This document shows, piece by piece, positions 1-45,973 of a DNA stretch of 64,000 nucleotides. Under the pieces are notes generated by a model. It made no database searches and was not told where the DNA came from. It was given only the letters and a program-made list of their open reading frames with translations. Position numbers and translations under genes: made by a program. How positions within the stretch are numbered: position 1 is the first letter of the stretch; each line of letters begins with the position of its first letter. This stretch comes from Hormiphora californensis (Eukaryota > Animalia > Ctenophora), in NCBI GenBank assembly GCA_020137815.1, contig CM035351.1, positions 5,952,001-6,016,000 of the forward strand. Direction: 5' to 3'.

Positions 1-19904
<19,904 letters not shown>

Positions 19905-19989
19905 GTGGCTACTGCCACTCTAAAAACATGCTAAGGAAACGGCAAATAAACTTTTAATGGCTATAAATTTGTGAAAAATCGGTTAAAAC

Positions 19990-21260
19990 TGAATGAATGA
20001 ATGAATGAATGAACATCACAATTTGTATTAGAGTCATTAACAGACCCTTCCCGCTCTTACACTATAGACATATTATATAGTTAAATATATATATCCTACA
20101 AGGCCGAGAGGCTAAGAGCATCGGCAGTTACCTAAAGCGGGGTAACATATAGAAACAGTCCGATTGATAAAGTTCAGTTCGCTATCCAACTTGGATCACA
20201 TTGTTTCTGATATAATAATTGCCACCTGGATCATCTGTACGAACCCGTTTCAAGGTGGCTAGCAGAACTTTTCGCTCCTTTAGTTGGGAGGGGTTAAGAT
20301 CTGGCGACAGAAATACGGTAGAGTGTTTTTTGGATTCTTTGAGCTGCCGTGCCTTCCTCAGCAGCGCCAAAAGGGTTGCTCTCTTCTCAAGAGATACCAA
20401 GAGCGGCCTAGGGCGTTCCTCGTTTCTCTCACCGATACGTTTCATGTTGGCAACTTTCGGTTTCTCGTTCAATATTTCAAATAGCTCATCCAGATTGGCT
20501 CTAGTATCATTCTCAGTTGTTTCTGGGAGCCCAAATATTACCAAGTTCTTCTCTCGGTTTGCCTGGGCTACTACTGTAGCAGGAGGTTTAGAAGTTGGTG
20601 GCTTAGGAGGAGTTGGCAGCTTTTTCGCCACAGGGGAGGATGCAGCATAGTTTTGAGCCAGGACTGTCGAGTAGGCTTTCACCTTCTGCACTGATGTTTC
20701 CACTGAGTTCAGTTGTTCCTTCTGAACATTTATGACCGTTTGTTGCAGTTCAATGACCAACACACGATTTCGTTCAAGCTCTTCTTTGCACGTAGAGAGT
20801 TGCTTTTCGAGTTTCTCTGCAGTGATCACTGTATTCAAGTTGTTCATGGCTGCTTGCGCAAGTTTAGCACTGGACATAAAGAGACGGGTGGTGACATCAA
20901 TAACTTGATTTGGAGTAAGGTCCTTAAGACGATGTTTGAAGAATGTCCCCATGTGATTTTCGGGTGGGTCCGAGCAATCAGGGGTAAACGCCCTCGCAGG
21001 TGCATATTTGATAGAATTATAGCACTGACTAACGTTCTCGGGTGTGATACGTATCTGTTCGGGAACAGCAGCCCAATGCAGCCGTTCAACTCCCAAAACA
21101 AAGTCATCAACGGATTCGATCAGTTGTTTTATCTTTGGATTATCGCCCTCGTACGGTAAGCGTAGTATATTATCCAATCGTTTGTCTTCGAACATCGGCT
21201 TCATTATCAGCGTTTCACTTTTCTGCCCTTTGGGGCGGTCACATCACCATATCTACCTGC
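19990..21260 (-). mobile_element. Putative ORF1-only non-autonomous retroelement ending in a (TTCA)n tail
   Basis: The ORF1-like gene is followed by a ~170-bp 3' UTR and then (TGAA)~6 on the + strand at 19990-20013. There is no ORF2. The 5' boundary is uncertain. Confidence 0.6.
20182..21204 (-). CDS. Non-LTR retrotransposon ORF1-like protein (coiled coil + RRM-like fold + CTD), intronless, 340 aa
   Basis: A coiled coil (AEKLEKQLSTCKEELERNR) followed by REKNLVIFGLPE..RIG..RPRPLLV..VFLSPDL..ERK, the motif order of CR1/L2-group ORF1 proteins. Confidence 0.8.
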   Translation of the reverse strand: MKPMFEDKRLDNILRLPYEGDNPKIKQLIESVDDFVLGVERLHWAAVPEQIRITPENVSQCYNSIKYAPARAFTPDCSDPPENHMGTFFKHRLKDLTPNQVIDVTTRLFMSSAKLAQAAMNNLNTVITAEKLEKQLSTCKEELERNRVLVIELQQTVINVQKEQLNSVETSVQKVKAYSTVLAQNYAASSPVAKKLPTPPKPPTSKPPATVVAQANREKNLVIFGLPETTENDTRANLDELFEILNEKPKVANMKRIGERNEERPRPLLVSLEKRATLLALLRKARQLKESKKHSTVFLSPDLNPSQLKERKVLLATLKRVRTDDPGGNYYIRNNVIQVG

Positions 21261-21299
21261 TCAAATTAATTTGTTTAAAGTAGTGTTGAAAAGTTCAGC

Positions 21300-21866
21300 T
21301 CACCAAAAGTCAAAAATAGGCTTTTAGACGTATACTTCACGTTCCCTTATGCCTTAGCAATCAGGAAAAACGGACGAAAATAGCACGTTTTTTACTTTTT
21401 CTCACTTTTGATGTTTGATTTGGGCAAAAACGCTGAAGCTGAAGTTGAGTTGAGATTGAGTTGAGCTCAAAATTGAGTCGTGCGCAAATATATAATTTTT
21501 CGCGCGCTACATTAAAATGCGTCGTAAAACGCGCGCGGTTTTGACTTATTTTCAAAACGAAAGTTGAGTTCATCACTTTTTGAGTTTTACTTTTGAGTTT
21601 TTGATTTTTTTTTCCATCGCTGCTTTGATCTCACTAGTTACTTCTCCTTAACGTATTATCGAGTACTAGCCGGTCGGCTTTGATGCTGTGAGAGCCATAT
21701 CTTGTCATCAAGAGATTTTGAGCTCAGTTAGTACCCTTCGACGAAGTCAAACCCGTGCACCGATCCGTTGGCCGACCGGCGACCGTACTGTTTATTGGAT
21801 TATTCTTCTTAACAACTTACTAAACTGCTAAATTTCGTTATATAGGCTCCCTCTCCCACGCAGAAA
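21300..21866. promoter_or_regulatory. Probable shared (divergent) promoter region of the dynein and CELF genes
   Basis: The genes are head-to-head, and CGCG-containing motifs (21500-21540) sit in AT-rich sequence. The call is positional inference only. Confidence 0.4.
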
Positions 21867-31107
<9,241 letters not shown>

Positions 31108-32665
31108 GCAGGGCCTCCGCCTGTAATTGTCCTTTACCGTGATAGTTTAAAGGTAGGTCACAGCTTTGTGCGGTGTTGAGCGTAGGGCGCCGTGACATGG
31201 CTATTAAGCCACGTCGCGCGCCCTTGGTCTCTTTTGGGTGCGCGGCGCGACCCACAACAGGGCTCTTCTTAGTCACCCAATGCAATGGGTGTCCGGGTGC
31301 CTTCCTCCGCCTCGCAGTCATAAATATGACTCGTAGCGAAACCAGGTGCAGCCTGTCACCCTGTTTAACTGCTCCTAGCAACCTCGTTCACCCAAAACTG
31401 ACCTCCCTCTATTTCAGAATTGACAACCAAAGCGCAGAATAGAATCCACCGAGAGGAAAGAACTAAAATACCAAGCCTTTCCCTGATGTGAACTACCTAT
31501 AAACTAGGAATAGGTGGCCAACTCTGGAACTCCTGTTAATCTTGACTGATAATAAACTGACACGAAATGGTGTCTGTGTGTGCGATTTTTGGTTCTGTTC
31601 AAGTCTTTATTTTCTGTATTCGAGAGAGCGACACGAAGATTTCGCTATTTTGCCGATGCTATATTACAGAAGATCCGTTCTGTATGTGTGTGTTTATTTG
31701 TATCTGAATTGTCACATGTTATATTGTGGTATTAAGAATACACTTTTAAGATACCCCATAAAGCACCGCGAGTTTTAATTTGCTTCTCGTAGGCCGGATT
31801 TACTGGATACCGGGAGGATACCTTATTACAAATATTAGCCAGGTTCATACCCCACTCCTGCTGTCAGAGCATTGGCCTAACAGCCCTCCTGTCTTGCTAT
31901 GACACGCAGTCTTTCGGTTAAGCTCACATCGAGCCTTCGACCCCGTGTGGGAACATGTCAACTCCTGTCCAGCGTGCACCAGACCCTTTCTTTCAGAGCG
32001 GGTCCATACAAGCCAGACAATCCCATCACCCCGGAATAAAGAAACACAGCAAATTTCTAAGATCTGGAAAGTAATAGGTTTATTTCCATTTTGTGGTACT
32101 ATCAAGTTTGTTTATATACATGTAATGCTGTTGAAGTACACCAGAGAGAAATAGAGAGGGAGAGAGCACTGTGTTACACTACAAATCGTTCCTGCAACTC
32201 CTTTATATCAACTACATGAACCCCCTCAACATATATTTCTAGAACAAATTGTTGAAAAAACCAAAAACTGTGACTACAATCTCTCAGAGTCTCTCTCATC
32301 TAGAGAGACGACTCCTACCCTTCTTCACTAAGGTTCACACACAAAATAACACTCTCACTCAGGGGTCGACATATATCAGCCACAGATCTACTGCAGTTTA
32401 TAAAAAATAGGAGGGTTTACACATAATATAGGGGGTGTATAATTATAAGAGTGGTGTTTTTTGTCAAATGCTGGGTTTACAAGCCCACTCTCACGGAGAT
32501 ACAATATATATTTCGGTGCTCCCACTCTCTGACAAGGGGCGGGGTTTACTTAAAAAATAATCACTGATATATCTTCACACAGCACAGTGGTAGCTATAGG
32601 AAAATACATTATGTCCCAGACAACATAGGGTCTGACAATTATTATATAAACACACACACACAATG

Positions 32666-39813
<7,148 letters not shown>

Positions 39814-40589
39814 CTGAAATAGATTAAGCATCAAAATCAAGACAAAGCAAGTCAGATCAAATCAATCATTAAATGCCCCACTATTTAAGATTACAAGATG
39901 GCGTGTAACTTACTCCATTAGCATTAGAGTTTTTCATTCAAGTTCTCAGCGAAAGGTTTGAGGTCATCTACAAAGGAAATCAAGGTGAAATCATCAATGG
40001 CACAACCAATACAGATTTTATCAAGTTAGTTGAAATATAATTTGATTTATCTGAGGCTCTAGCAGGGTTTTGGTACTGAATAACATAGTCGGACGTAAAT
40101 TCAAGTATCTTTTGGTCTAGAACTGAGTTTTAGGGTTATAAATAAATCTATTAAACCGAGTAGAGGCGTGGAAATCGCTTTAAATCGATCAGAAACGTAA
40201 CAAAGAACAACAAAATTTGAGATTTTGCTGGCGAACTCTTTTTGGGCAAACACGAAAATCTGAAAAATGGTGCGCGCGGAAGAATATATGCAGCGAACAA
40301 AAACAACATTTAGCGCGTTACGTTTAAAACACGTTTTTGCCGCGTAAATAACTTTCTTTTTTTTAAATTCTTCTTTTTTAAATCTGCAGTTTCCAAGGAA
40401 TTTTTAAATTTAAAAAATAACCAAATTTGAAATTTTTATCTCTCAACTTGCTTTTCCCTTCAAAAGAGGATCTAGAATCTACATCTAGAATCTGGGTCCT
40501 AAAGATCAGACCCCGGGTAACTCGTTATGCATCCTCCCTTCTGGCTACCACCTTCTGCACCCTCCCCCTACTGGGTACCTCCTTCTGCA

Positions 40590-41062
40590 CAAAGTGCGTG
40601 CAAAGAAAGTTTACACGTCGGGTCGATAATATGAAGCAGTACAGCTATTGGGACCGCCTGAAAAAGCTGAACCTTATGTCTCTGCAAAGAAGAAGAGAGA
40701 GATACACCATCATTCACATGTGGAAAATGTATAACGAAGTTGCTCCCAACAGTACCAACACACGATTCTACATGAATGATAGGACAGGAGTTAAAGCTGA
40801 AGTACCATCTCTATTCAGCGGTGCCAGAGGGACAGTAAAAACTAAGTTCTTCGACTCCTTCGCTGTCAAAGCTGCAAGGCTGTGGAATACATTGCCTAAG
40901 AAGGTTAACACAGCAGATGACCTGGATCAGTTCAAGATTCTGCTGGGACGATGGCTCGACCAGTTCCCGGACTGTCCGCCCGTGACTGGGTATCCTACTC
41001 AGAACACTAATTCAATCCTGGATTGGGTGCTGGAAGTGAGAGCCGAGAGGGGGATGTGTTAA
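40590..41062 (+). mobile_element. 3' fragment of a LINE ORF2 (CR1/L2/Crack group), 5'-truncated
   Basis: VQRKFTR..YWDRLKKLNLMSLQRRRERY.IIHMWKM..SFAVKAARLWNTLP..FK is the post-RT C-terminus of CR1-group ORF2. Confidence 0.88.
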
Positions 41063-41079
41063 AGGACACTGACACCTTG

Positions 41080-42408
41080 TAATCCTTCCAAATCGTGCTT
41101 AGAACATGAAATTTATAGGGGCAATGTAATTCCTTCACTAAATGGTGCTAATAGGTCCCTCCTACCACCAAACGGAAGTTTACCAACCAACTCCATGGGG
41201 GAGGTCCGATAATTGACCTTAATTGGTCTTAATAGATTTATCCCCTATCTTAAGAACATATCTACCCTTAGAAAAGGAGTATGGACAAAATCAAGGGCAC
41301 CAAAGTGTTCAGCGTCCTCGCATTAGTGGGTGCTGGAATTAAGTCTCTATATCATCTGGTTAATTAGATAATTGGATAATTAGGTATGCACATAGCCGTT
41401 TTCTGGCCATATGGCTATAGCCATGTTATGAAAGGAGTAGAGACAAAATCAAGGGCACTAAAGTGTGTAGCGTCCTCGCATTAGTGGGGGTAGGTGCTGG
41501 AATTATGTCTCTATCTCAACTGGTTAATGAGATAATTGGATAATTAGTTTTGCGCATAGCCGTTTTTGGCCTTATGGTTATAGCCACTTTGGAATGGTTT
41601 AGAGACTTTTCACTGGTGCCATTTTGTAGTCAATGGCCAAGTTATGGGGGGTCGACGTCGGGCTTTTAAGCTCTATCTTCAACCGTTTAGGCTTTAGCCG
41701 TTATTAGTCTTTAAAGGTGCTCAAAATGAGCAAAAAACGGTTTAAAACCCGATTTTGAGCACCTTTAAAGACTAATAACGGCTAAACGGTTGAAGATAGA
41801 GCTTAAAAGCCCGACGTCGACCCCCCATAACTTGGCCATTGACTACAAAATGGCACCAGTGAAAAGTCTCTAAACCATTCCAAAGTGGCTATAGCCATAA
41901 GGCCAAAAACGGCTATGCGCAAAACTAATTATCCAATTATCTCATTAACCAGTTGAGATAGAGACTTAATTCCAGCACCTACCCCCACTAATGCGAGGAC
42001 GCTACACACTTTAGTGCCCTTGATTTTGTCTCTACTCCTTTCCTAACATGGCTATAGCCATATGGCCAGAAAACGGCTATGTGCATACCTAATTATCCAA
42101 TTATCTAATTAACCAGATGATATAGAGACTTAATTCCAGCACCTACCCCCACTAATGCGAGGACGCTGAACACTTTGGTGCCCTTGATTTTGTCCCTTCT
42201 CCTTTCCTAAGGGTAGATATGTTCTTAAGATAGGGGATAAATCTATTAAGACCAATTAAGGTCAATTATCGGACCTCCCCCATGGAGTTGGTTGGTAAAC
42301 TTCCGTTTGGTGGTAGGAGGGACCTATTAGCACCATTTAGTGAAGGAACTACATTGCCCCTATAAATTTCATGTTTTGTCAAGTTTTATACACGATTTGG
42401 GAGGGTTA
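41080..42408. mobile_element. Foldback palindrome FB-3 (~650-bp arms), related to FB-2
   Basis: Inverted arms around a 24-bp spacer (41728-41751). Each arm has two tandem copies of the AAAATCAAGGGCAC..GCGTCCTCGCATTAGTGGG..GGCTATAGCCA module also found in FB-2. The true termini and TSD were not found. Confidence 0.85.
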
Positions 42409-42468
42409 TTGTGTTTTTCATTGAAGTTATTTATGAAGTTTATGAAGTTTGCACAGTGCACACTCACT

Positions 42469-42622
42469 GCACCCTCCCCCTTCTGGGTAGCTTTTTGGCA
42501 CCCCCCCCCCCCTTCTGGGTACCTCCTTGTGCACCCTCCCCTTCTGGGTACCTCCTTGTGCACCTTCCCCTTCTGGGTACCTCCTTGTGCACCCTCCCCT
42601 TCTGGGTACCTCCTTGTGCACC
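42469..42622. repeat. ~29-bp minisatellite (GCACCCTCCCCTTCTGGGTACCTCCTTGT)n
   Basis: About 5 units here, and 2 degenerate units in the same orientation at 40529-40590. Confidence 0.9.
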
Positions 42623-42917
42623 CCGTTATGTGACAAGTGAAATTATTAGACGTGCCCAGGTGTGTTGGAATAGCGTGGATCAGGAGTGACTCCCCCAGGC
42701 CCCACTTGAAAATCATTCCTACGACCTACACCCCTGGACGTGCCGACGCTGTGCACAGCGGTCCTTACCGATACCCCAACCAAACATTCTTGAATTTTTT
42801 TTAGTTCTAGCGCTGTTCAGCCGAATCTATTTGGACCATTGTTTATTGTTGATGTAAAGCAATTTTTTTTTCATTATTTGATTATATTATCTTCCTGTTA
42901 GGGTATATTAGTTAGGC

Positions 42918-43799
42918 ATGATTAACAAGGGAAATAGTGGCACTGTAATAACAGTGTGTCTGGTGGTCGTCTGCTTCATCCTTGCTCTAAACTACTGGAC
43001 ACTATCACAGGTAAAATAATGTTCTATTTTGTTATGTTCTAACCCCTCTTTACATTACACAGTCTAGCTGGGCAAGTTCTATTCAGATATATCATGTTTG
43101 GCTCTCTCTTACCGCGTCCCGGTAAAGGAGGGATAGATTATATAGCAAACCCCTGATTTTTGTTCCTTCCCACCTATATTTATTGGTAACGAAATTACCT
43201 GTAGAGCAATGCGATAGTAAGGCACGTTTTAGCGTGCCTGCAATGTAGGGGTAATTGCGTTACCACCTATATTTATTGCAGTTCATTTTCCCCTACCGAC
43301 AAGTAATAAACAGTTCATTCAACAGGATTCGGAGTTGCTGGAACAGGAGTTGCGTGTTTACAGGCAGAAAGAGGTGGATTTTAATACGGTGGCAGAGGAG
43401 TGTAAAAAGCGAATTAATGAACTTCACCTAAAAATTAGCACTCTTACCAGTGACAAAGAGGTTATAGCCACTCAGAAGGTGAGAAGTGGGACCAGGGTAG
43501 AATGTGTGGGCCTCTTTTTTCCGCTACCATGATGCTATCACTCTCAGGGTTACTCAGGGTGATGAGGTTTCTAACCAAATCTATTTTCAGAACTCACTGT
43601 TTGAACTGTCAGAGGACAGAATGAGTAAGTTTGTAGTTTGTGGACCCAATAAAAACATTTTTACAGTTTGTTATATCATTTTGTTGAACGGTATCTTTCC
43701 ACACTGAGCTCAAGCATTGTGATTTGTGTAACACGTATTGGATAGTTATCGAAGGGTTCAATGAATGGAAATGCTCTCATGTATATTTCTACTTCATCT

Positions 43800-43870
<71 letters not shown>

Positions 43871-44789
43871 TCTCCCTCTCTAATATGTACCACTCCTCCT
43901 GATACCTTCTTCTTTTCTCAACTACACACACACACGGAACGCCCACTCACTGCCATCATTCCATGTTGTTGTGTCTGAACTGCTTATTACAGGGTCTGTC
44001 ACGGAACTGCTTATTATGTAACCTAACCCCCCCCCCCCCATACTGTATAACGTAGGACCACTATTGGAAATATAGAACTGAATGACATGCAATGGTTGCA
44101 TGCTTGGCCGGGAAAATTTTGTACACAAACACAAACAAAGGGTGGTGACTTGCCCAAATAGCTTGCTTGATCAAAAGGGGGAAGTTACTGGCATACATTC
44201 AACTACAACCTACATTATTGAATATTGGGCCTACAATCTAAATACATCCAACTACATTATTGGGCCTACAATCTACATAAATCCAACTACATTATTGGGC
44301 CTAAAAGTGCATACATTCAACTACATTATTATAATTATGGGCCTACATACATCCCCATTCACCCGCCCAATGTATCAGCTCAGCACACTAAAAACATGTA
44401 CAACACAAAAGGATACTTAATACACCTTCCCTTATACACCTTTTCATCATTCTTGTACATAATGTACTCCCAATCACTTTCCCACATTGCATTTCACTAT
44501 ATATATATTTTCCACTACAGAGCTGTTGAACGACAAGACGAAAGAGTGGAAACAGGCCACCTCAGATTTAGAGAGTTGCACCACCCAGAAGGACAGCGAA
44601 ATAGGAGAAATTAAAACTCAGAATGAGGAGATGAAGGCCCGACTCCAAACTGCTGAAGAGAAAGTATCTAGTTTGGAGGGAGAGCTAGATGCGGCTAAAT
44701 CGCAAATCACAGAACTGTCGAACAAGCAGGAGCCCGCCGCTGCTGCTGCTGGAAATGCGGAGGGTGCTGCAGAGGAAAATATGGCTTAG
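42918..44789 (+). CDS. GOLM1/GOLM2(CASC4)-like type II membrane coiled-coil protein, ~183 aa
   Basis: Exons 42918-43010 (MINKGNSGTVITVCLVVVCFILALNYWTLSQ: a TM segment ending in NYW as in GOLM1/CASC4), 43326-43478, 43591-43624 and 44521-44789. The phases join in frame and the luminal part is coiled coil. Confidence 0.72.
43185..43264. mobile_element. 80-bp MITE with a long flanking direct repeat
   Basis: TIR GGTAACGAAATTACC / GGTAATTGCGTTACC, flanked by ACCTATATTTATT on both sides. Confidence 0.75.
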
Positions 44790-44996
44790 AACTTTTGTGT
44801 GATATGGGGAAATGTGTTTGTACAGAGCTTTTGTGTGTTGAAGTTTTGTTTATTTTTGCATGGATAATGTAGTTAAGTCAGTTATATAAGTATTTATTTA
44901 TTAAACAAAGTGTGTATTGTTTAGCAGATAAGTTGAGCAAAACGTGCTATAAAGTACATTGTAAAATTTTGGGACATGCTGTAAATCTTTAGGTAT

Positions 44997-45114
44997 CACT
45001 GCTTGTACAACTTATAACACTGCCCAGTGTTATAAGTTTTCACTTATAACACCCCCCAGTGTTATAAGTTTTCACTTATAACACTGGGCAGTGTTATAAG
45101 TTGTACAAGCAGTG
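44997..45114. repeat. 118-bp CACTG..CAGTG palindrome built from three nested hairpin units
   Basis: CACTGCTTGTACAACTTATAACACTGCCCAGTGTTATAAGT / reverse complement. The unit CTTATAACAC-n-GTGTTATAAG occurs three times. No TSD was seen. Confidence 0.85.
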
Positions 45115-45462
45115 CTAAAACACCGCTGCACTTAGAACTCCTCACTCCACTGTTTCTGTCACACTTAGAAAGATAAGCGTGTACGAACTCTCTCTCTCTC
45201 TCTCTCTCTTTCTTTATGTCACACTCACACGCCGTTGCAGCATCGAGATCAAGATAACAGTTACGAACTCCCGGACCCACGTCCCACACATTCTTTATCT
45301 CTCTCACTGTCACTAATCTCTCACTCTCTTTACCTATTATATATCTCAGGCGTTATCTTATCTTATACTGATATCTCTGCCTGCTACCTTAAATCATGAA
45401 TTCGTTCTATTGTTACGCCCTCTAAGTGTCTCTCACTCTTGTTTTCAAAATTTTACAATGCA

Positions 45463-45735
45463 ATTTTATTATGCCTATTTTCGTTGTACCTGACGTCAAC
45501 AATAATGTCCCAGATTCTTACACTTTTAGACCTCGCAGGCTCGGTCAAAAAGTAAAACTACATCACTCGCAGGCTCGTGAGGTAGTTACACTTAGTGGCA
45601 CTCGCAGGCTCGTGCACTAAAGTACAAGAATCTGCCTCGACCTGTGGTCTCGGATCATTATTGTTGCACTTATAACACTCGACCTTCGGTCTCGTGTTAT
45701 AAGTTTTCAGGTACAACTTATAGGCATAATAAAAT
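45463..45735. mobile_element. ~270-bp MITE-like element upstream of the Amt gene
   Basis: ~30-bp imperfect TIR ATTTTATTATGCCTAT..GTTGTACCTGA / TCAGGTACAAC..ATAGGCATAATAAAAT. Internally it has CTCGCAGGCTCG three times and the same CTTATAACAC..GTGTTATAAG hairpin as 44997-45114. Confidence 0.7.
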
Positions 45736-45973
45736 CCTACAAAATTCTATACTTCTTTTGTCCATTGTCTAATAAATGACACTTCGTCATCAGATGGCCC
45801 ATGGTGCATGGAAATGGCAGCTGTTGAAGCTTTCACTGTCCAGTGCAGTAACGCGCGAGAACACCCGCGCATTATGTCAGCACTCCTTGGGTCAACGTGA
45901 GCGCTTTATGATTCTCACACCTCTCCCCCTCCGTTTAGCATTGTATCGGACACGCATAATAAATGTAACAACA

